From an uncultured Opitutales bacterium (lineage in GTDB: Bacteria > Verrucomicrobiota > Verrucomicrobiia > Opitutales > Intestinicryptomonadaceae): a stretch of DNA of 32,000 nt. The notes beneath the pieces are model-generated. The model was not told the origin of the DNA. It saw only the letters and a program-made list of their open reading frames with translations, and did not search any database. Below are positions 22,947 through 31,978 of the stretch, one piece after another (position 1 is the first letter of the stretch; every line of letters starts with the position of its first letter). The position numbers and the translations under genes were made by a program. The stretch spans positions 14,619 to 46,618 of the forward strand of contig CAKUIA010000020.1 in assembly GCA_934660865.1 (NCBI GenBank), written 5' to 3'.

Positions 22947-24293
22947 GTGAAAATTCCCCAACAGCCACCAGCTTTGCAAAACATTGCCGAATTTTTAAAA
23001 CACAAAAAAATCGACATTGCAAATCTGCTTGCATTAAACTTTGACGAAAGCGCATATCTTAGTTATTCGGATACCAAATACAGGCCGCTTCCGCCGCAAA
23101 TAGCCGAATTAAAAGGCAACAGAGAAGTTTGGTGGGCTGCCATTGCGCTAAAGCGCTCGGCAAAATTTAAAAACCTGCCCCTATGCGACAAAAACGGCAA
23201 GCCGTTTAAGTTTTTTCTGGACAACTGCGATTTGCAATTATTGCACGAATTAGACCTAAACGCAAAAGACCTTTCGCATATACAAGCCGGCCTTGACGAC
23301 AACGGCAAACTCTCGAAATATATTTTCGAATCGTTAGTGGAGGAATCGTTTTCGTCCAGCGCAATAGAGGGCGCGCTTTCTACGCGCGACTTGGCAAAAA
23401 AAATGATTGCCGAGAAACGCCCGCCAAAAGACAAAAGCGAACAAATGATTTTAAACAACTTTTCGGCAATGCAAAGCCTTATCGGCTGCATAAACGAACC
23501 GCTAACTGCCGCTTTAATCTGCAAAATACACGCGCAAATATGCGAAAAAACACTGCCTTACTTCCAGCTTGGCGTATTTAGAACGCAAAATTCGCAAGAC
23601 ATTGTTGTAGGCGACGACGCCGGAAATATTTACCATACCCCCTGCCCGCCCGAAAGCGTGGCGAATATGATAGAAGATTTATGCGATTTTGCAAATTCGC
23701 AAACCGCGGGCGAAGACTTTATACACCCCATAATAAAGGCCGCAATAATACATTTTTTCTTTGCATACATACACCCGTTTTACGACGGCAACGGCAGAAC
23801 GGCGCGCGCGTTGTTTTACTGGTATCTATTAAAAAACGGCTACGAAATTGCAAAATTCATTTCCGTTTCGAAAATAATTTCGCAGACGGGAAACCGCTAT
23901 TATCAGGCGTTTTTAGACACCGAAACCGATTATAACGACCTAAACTACTTCATAAAATTCCAGTTGGAAATCTTAAACAGGGCAATAAAGGCATTTGCCG
24001 ACTACGCAAAACAAAAAACCGACAACTTCAACAAAGCCCTTTTTAAATTTAAAATTCCCGACAACCTTAATTACAGACAGTCCGAAATTTTACTGAAACT
24101 TTTGCAGGAAAACCCTTTCGATTTTGAATGTACGATTCTTTCGCACGCAGCCGTCAACAACATTTCTTGGGAAACTTCGCGCAAAGACCTTGCAGCGCTT
24201 TTAAAACAAAACATTTTAAAGCGCGTAAAATCCGGCAAAAAATTTGTCTTTAGGGCATCTAACGAAATCATAGAACGCGCAAAAAACCCGTAA
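22947..24293 (+). CDS. Fic family protein 2 (class II, AMPylase-type motif) with a C-terminal winged-helix domain
   Basis: 448 aa with a GTG start; there is no in-frame ATG for 160 codons. The Fic motif is HPFYDGNGRTAR and the inhibitory motif is SSAIEG. The C-terminal region YRQSEILLKLLQENP...ISWETSRKDLAALLKQNILKRVKSGKKFVF is wHTH-like. Confidence 0.85.
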   Translation: MKIPQQPPALQNIAEFLKHKKIDIANLLALNFDESAYLSYSDTKYRPLPPQIAELKGNREVWWAAIALKRSAKFKNLPLCDKNGKPFKFFLDNCDLQLLHELDLNAKDLSHIQAGLDDNGKLSKYIFESLVEESFSSSAIEGALSTRDLAKKMIAEKRPPKDKSEQMILNNFSAMQSLIGCINEPLTAALICKIHAQICEKTLPYFQLGVFRTQNSQDIVVGDDAGNIYHTPCPPESVANMIEDLCDFANSQTAGEDFIHPIIKAAIIHFFFAYIHPFYDGNGRTARALFYWYLLKNGYEIAKFISVSKIISQTGNRYYQAFLDTETDYNDLNYFIKFQLEILNRAIKAFADYAKQKTDNFNKALFKFKIPDNLNYRQSEILLKLLQENPFDFECTILSHAAVNNISWETSRKDLAALLKQNILKRVKSGKKFVFRASNEIIERAKNP

Positions 24294-24294
24294 T

Positions 24295-25227
24295 ATGCAA
24301 AGCAAAGAGTATCAGTGGAAGATTTTTAGCGACAGGCAGCTTAAGCTTTGGCCGCCAAACAATATTCCCACCTACCTTAATTTTGCGGAGGAAAGCTTTT
24401 TCCACAAATCGCTGGATTGGGGGCAAAACGTAGCATTTCCACCTTTGTTTACAAACAAAATTTGGGAAAAATTTTCGATACTGTCGCTGGGGCATGTGTG
24501 CCATACAAAGGGCTTTTACCACTCGCGCCAGCAAAACCCCTACATAGACATAATTTTTGTGGCCAGCGGCAAATTCGGCGCAAAATTCGGCAAAAAAAAG
24601 CTTTTGTTGACAAGCGGGCAAATGCTTGTAATTACGCCAAATAGCCAGTGCGATACCTTTGTAAACGGCCGCAGCGCGTTTGTGTATTGGGCGCACCTAA
24701 AGCCCGTAAAATATTGGCAGTGCCTGCTAAAAAAGCAGCCATTTGCGGTAAAAATCGACTGCCTAGACCTGCTTGCAAGCATTTTGCAGGGCTACGAGCT
24801 GGAACTTTTTTCGCAAAAGCCCTCGCCTTTTATTTTAGAGCAGTTTGCGGGCATTTTTGCCCATGTCTTAAGAAGGCAGCTTTGTAAAAATCCGGGCAAA
24901 GGCGAAGCGCAAAACAACCCCATTTTGCATGCCTATGCCGAAAGCATTGCGCAAAATCCAAAAGCTGCGTTGCCAATAAAGGAATGTGCAAAAAAGTTCG
25001 ACATTCAAACAAGGCAAATAGACAAATTTTTTGCCGACAATTTTTCGCTTAGCTACAGCAAATATGTTTCGGCAAAGAAAATGGCAAAGGCGCTGGAATA
25101 TTTAAACACCCCGCTAACAAACGCACAAATTGCCGAAAAGCTGGGCTATGCCAACGCATTTTCGTTTTCAAAGGCGTTCCGTTTATTCTACAAAAAGTCG
25201 CCTAAATTTGTAAAAGCGCAAATGTAG
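24295..25227 (+). CDS. AraC/XylS-family transcriptional regulator
   Basis: 310 aa. The ATG lies 1 nt after the fic2 stop codon. The C-terminal HTH is LTNAQIAEKLGYANAFSFSKAFRLFYKKSPKFV, the AraC signature GF.....FS+.F+..(F/Y)G.SP. The N-terminal region is cupin-like. Confidence 0.85.
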   Translation: MQSKEYQWKIFSDRQLKLWPPNNIPTYLNFAEESFFHKSLDWGQNVAFPPLFTNKIWEKFSILSLGHVCHTKGFYHSRQQNPYIDIIFVASGKFGAKFGKKKLLLTSGQMLVITPNSQCDTFVNGRSAFVYWAHLKPVKYWQCLLKKQPFAVKIDCLDLLASILQGYELELFSQKPSPFILEQFAGIFAHVLRRQLCKNPGKGEAQNNPILHAYAESIAQNPKAALPIKECAKKFDIQTRQIDKFFADNFSLSYSKYVSAKKMAKALEYLNTPLTNAQIAEKLGYANAFSFSKAFRLFYKKSPKFVKAQM

Positions 25228-25417
25228 CGGCAAAATCGCGCACGGCTTTGCCGCAGCCTAAATTTGCCCATAAAACGAAAAACTTTTAGCCAAAAATATA
25301 ACCGATTTACGCCGCATTTTAATCAATACACAAATTGCGCAATTTTAAATCGAAACACAGCATATAATGCGGGCGTTTTATTCGTATCTTATTATATATC
25401 AGCGCTTACAGTTCCAG

Positions 25418-25467
25418 TTCAAAAAAAAAAAAATGATTTGACAGTGTGCAATAAAACGGTTTACATA
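25418..25467 (+). promoter_or_regulatory. A13 tract fused to a candidate promoter of PEP-CTERM paralog 3
   Basis: TTC, then A13 (25421-25433), TGAT, TTGACA (25438-25443), ATAAAACG (25451-25458), then a weak -10 candidate TACATA (25462-25467). The ATG is at 25526. The leader shares AGCTAATT with the paralog 2 leader. Confidence 0.45.
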
Positions 25468-25525
25468 TTAAACGTTTTAAAGATTTAGCTAATTTTTTAA
25501 GATTAACACACATATAACAACAAAA

Positions 25526-28342
25526 ATGAAAAACATATCAAAAATACTGGCAGTTTTGCCTATTCTTGCAGCGTCTTCGGCGTTTGCCGAAAGCTATGTT
25601 TACATGCAAACGGCAAGTTCGGGCCACACAGCCTACAACAACGGCTCGTGGTACAAAACTTCCGACGTTATGGATGCCGACGGAAATATCGACACATCGC
25701 TAATACCCGATGTTGCCCGTGCCGGCATTGCCAAACCCTCTATAGACGACGACGTATTTTTCGGAACCTACGTTGGTTCCGCTTCGAGCGAGTCTACACT
25801 GGTAAACAAAAACGGCGAAATCGTTTACACAATGACGGAAATGTTGCACAACGCAAATTCGCCCGTTTTGGCTAAAAACCTTACTTTTAAATTCGACTAC
25901 GCGGATAATTTTAGAAGCTCTAGCACGGGAGTATCCTACAAATTCCAAACAGATGGCGCAGGCACTACAAACGAAGAAAACAACACTATAACCGTTGCCG
26001 ACACCCTTTCGGTTTTGGGCGGCAAAGAAGTTAGATTCTACGGCCAGAAAAACGACGCCAACACGGGTGTATTCCGCAACTACAAGCTTATAGACTTAGG
26101 CCGCGTGTATTTGCAAACAACCGACACGGCTTCGGAAGACGCAAAGGCGCAGTTGACCTTTGGCGACTATATCGAAGAAACCCGCATTGGCGTAAACAAG
26201 ATAGGCGAAAGCTACGAATCTAACGGATTAGTATCGGAGCTTAAAGACGGAACCGTTCTCAATTTGGGCGGCTCGAACTACGACAACCACACGGGCATTT
26301 ATTTGGGCGACGTTAAAAACGCCGGCACAATTAACATTCAAGGCGGCACCTTCTACAACGTAGGCACAATAGAAAACAGCGGCACGCTTTCGGTAAGGAA
26401 CAATGCCGTTGTTAAAAACGCAAGCGTAAACGGCGGCGCTTTCCGCATGGAAGGCGGCAGCTTAGACGGCACGCTTAACCTTACAAACGCATCGTTTTCG
26501 ACCAAAAACGGCTTTGCCGCAAACTTTGGCGACAACACCGTTGTAAACGCAACCGTTAAAGACGGTTTTTGGGTAAACTTTAACGCAACGCAAGGCTCTA
26601 CCGAAAATTACGACGGCGACAGAAACCAAGACGTTGTAATGGGCGGCATATACAACCTTAAAGGCTCGGGCGAATACCTAACCTACAGCAACGGCAAGAT
26701 AATTCAGCAAGTTTACATTTCGGGCAAAACCATAAAGATCAACGAACTGAACTTGTTGGGCAACTTTGCCTGCAACGGCGGCGTAGACCTTAATATGACT
26801 ATCAATGCGGCCAACGGCATAGACATCAACAAAATGACTATTGCAGGTTCCGACAGCACAGCGGTTGACGCGGCAAAGAACCAAATGGGCAGAATTACAT
26901 CGGGCGGCAACATAAACATTGGCGCTCTCGAATTTAAGGGCGGCGCCGACGCCGACAACAAGTTGGGCAAGATAGAATTTCGTATCTACAACAACAATAG
27001 CGACGCAAACCAAGTAAGCATTAACGACTTGAAGTTTACGGGCTATTCTTCCGACGGCAACTACTTAAGCCTATTTGGCACACGCAACATAACGGTAGAC
27101 AATGTAACCGCCGAAAAAACATTTGTTGTTCAGCAGGAACACAATAGCGGCAATGCCTCGTATTACCCCGGCACGGTTGGCAAGTTTGGCGACATTACCT
27201 TAAACCAAACAAACTATACCACCGACTCTTCCAGATTCGACCTAAAACAGATAGACGTTTCGGGCACGGTTTCGCTAAAGAATATTGCAGGCGATAAAAT
27301 GCTTTATGTAGATTTCTACACCTATGTTAACACCAACATAGAAAACCTTATTGTGGGCGGCAGCGATTCGTTGGGAACTATGTGCGCACGTTTCCACGGC
27401 AGAGACTACATCACTTCGGCCGGAACAGAAGACCTACGCACAACCGACACCTTCGGCACGGTTACCGTAAACCAAAGGGGCACGGTTTACTTTGGCGGCA
27501 GGCAGAACAACGGCGAAGAATTTTCGACGACAATTAAAAGCGCAACGGTTAACGGCGGCACAATGTTCTTCGGACAAGATACAAAGGCGGGCGAAACATT
27601 TGCGGCCAAAATCGGAACCCTTGCGGGCACAAGCGGCCAAGTTGGCATGTTCGATACCGCAACCCAAAACGCCGACAAAAGAACCCTTAACCTGACGTTC
27701 GGCACCGAAACTAAGGGCACAAGCGTATTCTACGGCCGTGTTCACGACACAATGCACGCCAACGACTATATCAACATAGTTAAAAACGGCGCAAACACCC
27801 AAATCTTGGCGGCGCAAGACAACTCGATTAAGGGCACAATTACCGTAAACGAAGGCAAATTGGGCTATGCCTCGAATAGCAAGGTTGAATCGGTTACCGT
27901 AAACGGCGGCGAATTTGCAAGCTGGAACAGCTCTAGCTGGCTTAGCATTGGCACGCTTAATATGAACGGCGGCAAACTGCACTTCGACTTTAATACCTCG
28001 ATAAACTCTACATTGTCTTTTGCGCAAGGCAGCGACATTATCGGCAAAATTTTGGAGGGCGATTTTACTTTTGCCAACATTGTAACCGATACTTCCTACA
28101 TACTCTTTAGCTTTGAAGACGGCTCTATGAACAGCTACCTGCAGGCCCTCATAGACGGCGAAGACAACGGCAAGTACCAGTATATCGACAAAACCACGGG
28201 ACAAACCTACATGGCAAAGTTTGCAAGCGAAGCTGAATCGGGCGAATTTAGCGTAACGTTCAGCGTTCCCGAACCCGCAACCTGGGCCGCCATATTCGGC
28301 GCGTTGGCATTGGCTTTGGCCGTTTACCGCCGCCGCAAATAG
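25526..28342 (+). CDS. PEP-CTERM-anchored beta-helix surface protein, paralog 3 (938 aa)
   Basis: Signal peptide MKNISKILAVLPILAASSAFA. PATR-like segment INIVKNGANTQILAAQDNSIKGTITVNEGKLGYA. C-terminus VPEPATWAAIFGALALALAVYRRRK. It is collinear with paralog 2 along its whole length. Confidence 0.9.
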   Translation: MKNISKILAVLPILAASSAFAESYVYMQTASSGHTAYNNGSWYKTSDVMDADGNIDTSLIPDVARAGIAKPSIDDDVFFGTYVGSASSESTLVNKNGEIVYTMTEMLHNANSPVLAKNLTFKFDYADNFRSSSTGVSYKFQTDGAGTTNEENNTITVADTLSVLGGKEVRFYGQKNDANTGVFRNYKLIDLGRVYLQTTDTASEDAKAQLTFGDYIEETRIGVNKIGESYESNGLVSELKDGTVLNLGGSNYDNHTGIYLGDVKNAGTINIQGGTFYNVGTIENSGTLSVRNNAVVKNASVNGGAFRMEGGSLDGTLNLTNASFSTKNGFAANFGDNTVVNATVKDGFWVNFNATQGSTENYDGDRNQDVVMGGIYNLKGSGEYLTYSNGKIIQQVYISGKTIKINELNLLGNFACNGGVDLNMTINAANGIDINKMTIAGSDSTAVDAAKNQMGRITSGGNINIGALEFKGGADADNKLGKIEFRIYNNNSDANQVSINDLKFTGYSSDGNYLSLFGTRNITVDNVTAEKTFVVQQEHNSGNASYYPGTVGKFGDITLNQTNYTTDSSRFDLKQIDVSGTVSLKNIAGDKMLYVDFYTYVNTNIENLIVGGSDSLGTMCARFHGRDYITSAGTEDLRTTDTFGTVTVNQRGTVYFGGRQNNGEEFSTTIKSATVNGGTMFFGQDTKAGETFAAKIGTLAGTSGQVGMFDTATQNADKRTLNLTFGTETKGTSVFYGRVHDTMHANDYINIVKNGANTQILAAQDNSIKGTITVNEGKLGYASNSKVESVTVNGGEFASWNSSSWLSIGTLNMNGGKLHFDFNTSINSTLSFAQGSDIIGKILEGDFTFANIVTDTSYILFSFEDGSMNSYLQALIDGEDNGKYQYIDKTTGQTYMAKFASEAESGEFSVTFSVPEPATWAAIFGALALALAVYRRRK

Positions 28343-28374
28343 CACATAGATTTTTGTTGTTAATCCCCAATAAT

Positions 28375-28413
28375 AGAGCCTTTCGGGTTATCCGAAAGGC
28401 TCTTTCCTTTTTT
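28375..28413 (+). terminator. Rho-independent terminator after paralog 3
   Basis: AGAGCCTTTCGG (28375-28386) pairs with CCGAAAGGCTCT (28392-28403) around a 5-nt loop, followed by TTCCTTTTTT. The GCCTTTCGG/CCGAAAGGC core is the same as in the paralog 2 terminator. Confidence 0.8.
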
Positions 28414-28523
28414 GCGAATAACGCGCAAAATTTTTTGGCCGCGCGCAAAGCGGCAAGCTAAAAAAAGCGAATTTGGTGTTTGTATGTTTTGCAAAAATTT
28501 TTGTATATTCAACCCCGATATTT

Positions 28524-30083
28524 ATGAAAAATTTTGCATACATTTTTTGTTTTTGTCTTTTGGCGTGCGGCTGTGTAGCCCAGCAAAACCAAGCGCAGGA
28601 AGGCGGCGCCTTTAAGCTTGCAAGCCCCAAAGCCGCGCAAAGCCAGCCGGCCTTAAACGCGGAAAGCGACAACGACGAGACCGAAGGCGACGAAGACGAC
28701 GAAGAAGACGACGAATCGGTCCTATTCAACTCGGTTGTAAAAATACAGACAACATCGTGCTCGCCCGATTTTGTTTCGCCATGGGCAAACCACCCGCAAC
28801 AGCAAAGCTCGGGCACGGGTTTTGTTATAGACGGCAACCTTATTCTTACCAACGCCCACAATATTGCCGACGCCACCTACATTACCGTATCTAAAAACAA
28901 CGACGGCTTTCCCTCTACGGCAAGGGTTTTTGCCGTTTGCCACGACAGCGACCTCGCCCTGCTTAAGGTGCAAAACGAAAACTTCTTTAAAGGCACAAAG
29001 CCCCTGCAGCTGGGCGAAACGCCGAAAATACAAAGCGTTGTAAAGGCGGTCGGCTACCCCATTGGCGGCAACGAAATTTCGGTAACGCAGGGCATAATTT
29101 CGCGCATAGAGTGCATAGACTACGCTCAGTCGTTCTACGGCAACTATTTGGCGGCCCAGCTAGACGCCGCAATAAACCCCGGCAACAGCGGCGGCCCCGT
29201 TCTATACAACGGCAAAGTTGTGGGCATTGCCTTTCAGGTAGACATTTCGGGCGAAGGCATTGGCTATATGATTCATTCCGACGTAATTAAGCGCTTCCTT
29301 AAAGACGCCCAAGACGGCAAAATAGACGGTTACGGAGTTATGGGCATAAGAAACCAGGATTTGCTTTTAAACCCCGACGCCCGCAAGGCCCTGAATTTAA
29401 AAGACGGCCAAAGCGGAGCGGTTGTAGTAGACCTTTTAAAATCGGTGCAGGCCTCGCCCGCCATTATGGTAAACGACGTTATTACCGCAATAGACGGCTA
29501 TAAAATAAGCAACAATTTGAATATAAAAAACAGGCGCGGGCAAAATGTGCGCCTGGAAACCGTTGTAGCCGAAAAGCAGCTTGGCGAATATGTAACGCTT
29601 TCGCTTTTGCGCAACGGCAAAGCCTTTACAAGCAAAGTTAAAATCTGCAAGCCCTGGCACAAGGTTGCGCCCTTTATATACGACAGCCGCCCGAAATATC
29701 TGCTGGCGGGCGGGCTTGTGTTCTCCACTTTGTCGCTTAGCTATATGGGAGACCTGGCCGACGAAACGCCCCCGCAATTTGCCCAAATGCTTAACGAATT
29801 TAAGGACGACGGCGAGCTTGAATATATAGTTTTAACCCAGGTTTTGGGCGACGAAACCACAACAGGCTACCAAACCGTTAGCGCCCAACTTTTGGAAAGC
29901 GTAAACGGCAAGCGCGTAAAAACGCTTGGCGAACTTGCAAAAATAATAGACGGGCAAAAAGCGGGGTATTTGTCGTTTAAATTCAATTCGGGGCTTTCGC
30001 TTGTTGTAGACGCTGCGAAAATAAAAATCGCAATGCCCGACATATTAAAACGATACAACATTGCAAAAGACCGCAATTTGTAG
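28524..30083 (+). CDS. HtrA/DegP-like trypsin-fold serine protease (S1C) with PDZ and C-terminal domains, probable lipoprotein
   Basis: I prefer the start at 28524: MKNFAYIFCFCLLACGC, a signal peptide with a lipobox-like LLAC. The catalytic triad contexts are LTNAHNI (His), DSDLALLKV (Asp) and NPGNSGGPV (Ser). An acidic linker ESDNDETEGDEDDEEDDES follows the signal peptide. Confidence 0.85.
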   Translation: MKNFAYIFCFCLLACGCVAQQNQAQEGGAFKLASPKAAQSQPALNAESDNDETEGDEDDEEDDESVLFNSVVKIQTTSCSPDFVSPWANHPQQQSSGTGFVIDGNLILTNAHNIADATYITVSKNNDGFPSTARVFAVCHDSDLALLKVQNENFFKGTKPLQLGETPKIQSVVKAVGYPIGGNEISVTQGIISRIECIDYAQSFYGNYLAAQLDAAINPGNSGGPVLYNGKVVGIAFQVDISGEGIGYMIHSDVIKRFLKDAQDGKIDGYGVMGIRNQDLLLNPDARKALNLKDGQSGAVVVDLLKSVQASPAIMVNDVITAIDGYKISNNLNIKNRRGQNVRLETVVAEKQLGEYVTLSLLRNGKAFTSKVKICKPWHKVAPFIYDSRPKYLLAGGLVFSTLSLSYMGDLADETPPQFAQMLNEFKDDGELEYIVLTQVLGDETTTGYQTVSAQLLESVNGKRVKTLGELAKIIDGQKAGYLSFKFNSGLSLVVDAAKIKIAMPDILKRYNIAKDRNL

Positions 30084-30163
30084 AAATTGTCTTTACACAA
30101 AGTTTTCCCGAAGATTTAATTTTCGGCGTTATTGGAAATTACACCACGCAAAAATTAAATACT

Positions 30164-31978
30164 ATGGGAAAACTATTGACAACAATTCTGGCCTTTCTGT
30201 TTTTGGGCAATCTGTTTGCGCTAGACAAAGCCACCGTTACAATACTCTTGTCGGACAAAACAACCGAAACGAGAACCGTTAGCCTTACAAAAATAGGCGA
30301 AAACGCATACCGTTTTAGGCTGCCTACCGCCGAAATACCGCGCAACGCCCTTGCAGTTGAAGTTGTAAACGACTGGGCAACCGCCAAAAAGGGCGACGAC
30401 GGCTACTTTATTACCCCCGACTGCCACTTGGGCACATTCAGGGCCGACAAAGGCCAATATATTAGCTACCGAAACCGCGTTTGCATGTACGGCATGAAAG
30501 GCCCCAAAGGCACATTTGTAGGCATTATGAAGGGGCTTAAGATGGAGCAAAAGGTGTATGTGCGCGTAAACAAGGGCGTTTACAAGCTTATGGTTGTATA
30601 CAACCTAAGGCTTACCGAATTTGAACCCTACGAAGACATTGTTATAGACTACTACAAGCTGGAGGGCGAAAACGCAAACTATGCGGGCATGGCAAAAGTT
30701 TACCGCCAATACCAGCTTGACCGCAACGAGGTTGTGCCCCTAAAGGAAAGGGTAAAAAACAACCCCGTTTTGGATTTTACCGCAAAATCCATTTACGTAA
30801 GAATAAAATTGGGCAGGTGCGACCGCAGGGCGTATCCGCCGTCGGAATGGGGCAAGCGCGAGTTCCCGCTTGTTGTAGACCACCATTTTAACGAAGTACA
30901 GGACATTATGAAGGGCATGAAAGCCCTTAATGTAGACAACGCCGAAGTTTGCCTTGTAGGCTGGCAAAAAGGCGGCCACGACGGGCCTTTCCCCGACTAT
31001 TTCCCCGTACCGCAGGAGTTTGGCGGCATAGAAAAAATGCGCGAAACAATCGACTTGGGCAAAAGCCTTGGCTATGCGATGACGGTTCACGTTAACCACA
31101 CAAGCTTTTATCTAAAATCTACAAGGCTGCACCCCGACGACCTTTCGCAGACCATAGACGGCAAATTGCGCCGCTACACATTTTGGCCGGGCGGGCAGGC
31201 GTATCACGCGTGCTTCCAAACCGTGTGCAACCGCTATGTAGACGAAGACATTAAAACATTTAAAGATTTGGGCATTAACGGAACTTTCCATGTAGACGTA
31301 ACTTCCGCCCGCTGGCCGGACCCCTGCCACGCCCCAATGCACGCAAACAACCGCAAACAGGTTGTAGAATGGCAAAACGCCGTAAACCAAAAGCTTAAAG
31401 ACGCATTCGGCGCATATAGCTCGGAATGTACGCTAGACCACGTTGCAAAAACGCTCGACTACGGGCTGTATGTTTCGTGGATAGGCGAAGAGGCCACAAA
31501 ACAGGGCTATTTGCTGGACCGCCCCGTTCCGCTTTCGGAATTGGTATACCACGGCATAATTTTAAGCAACCCGTTCTACGGCACAATAGACGCCCCCTAC
31601 GAACGCGGCGAAGACAAGCTTTCCGACGTAAAAGAGTCGTACGCATATTTGGACACACCCGCAAACAGAATGCTTAAGGTTGTCGAATTCGGCGGCAGAC
31701 CCTCTTTTTACTATGTAGACTACAAAGACCTAAAGCCGCTGGCGAATATGTACAACGAATACGAAAAAATCAAGTGGCTGCAGTTCGAATTTATGCAGGA
31801 CCACAAGCAGCTCGAAAAAGACGTGTTCCTTACCGCCTATTCCGACAATACGAGAATTGTCTGCAACTACAATAATCTGCCCGTAAAGTTCGAGGGCTTT
31901 AGCGTTCCCGCCAAAGGCTACATTGTGTTCAAAAAGGGCGAAAAAAGCCCCAGCATAACACATTCGTATGCAAACTAA
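30164..31978 (+). CDS. Secreted protein of unknown function, possibly glycoside-hydrolase-like
   Basis: 604 aa with signal peptide MGKLLTTILAFLFLGNLFA. The central VCLVGWQKGGHDGPFPDYFPVPQEFGG...TVHVNH...FHVDV pattern is reminiscent of a (beta/alpha)8 hydrolase core, but I cannot assign a family. The CDS call is solid; the function is weak. Confidence 0.7.
   Translation: MGKLLTTILAFLFLGNLFALDKATVTILLSDKTTETRTVSLTKIGENAYRFRLPTAEIPRNALAVEVVNDWATAKKGDDGYFITPDCHLGTFRADKGQYISYRNRVCMYGMKGPKGTFVGIMKGLKMEQKVYVRVNKGVYKLMVVYNLRLTEFEPYEDIVIDYYKLEGENANYAGMAKVYRQYQLDRNEVVPLKERVKNNPVLDFTAKSIYVRIKLGRCDRRAYPPSEWGKREFPLVVDHHFNEVQDIMKGMKALNVDNAEVCLVGWQKGGHDGPFPDYFPVPQEFGGIEKMRETIDLGKSLGYAMTVHVNHTSFYLKSTRLHPDDLSQTIDGKLRRYTFWPGGQAYHACFQTVCNRYVDEDIKTFKDLGINGTFHVDVTSARWPDPCHAPMHANNRKQVVEWQNAVNQKLKDAFGAYSSECTLDHVAKTLDYGLYVSWIGEEATKQGYLLDRPVPLSELVYHGIILSNPFYGTIDAPYERGEDKLSDVKESYAYLDTPANRMLKVVEFGGRPSFYYVDYKDLKPLANMYNEYEKIKWLQFEFMQDHKQLEKDVFLTAYSDNTRIVCNYNNLPVKFEGFSVPAKGYIVFKKGEKSPSITHSYAN

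Noticed and set aside
27434-28345. 303-aa ORF on the minus strand
   Set aside because: It is entirely antisense to the well-supported PEP-CTERM paralog 3. It has an Ala/Gly/Val/Cys-rich shadow composition and no recognisable motif.
21840-28413. Diversity-generating retroelement (template/variable repeat pair) to explain the near-identical 3' ends of paralogs 2 and 3
   Set aside because: There is no reverse transcriptase gene in the window. The substitutions between the two copies are not adenine-specific. The conserved part is the anchor module, not a ligand-binding tip.
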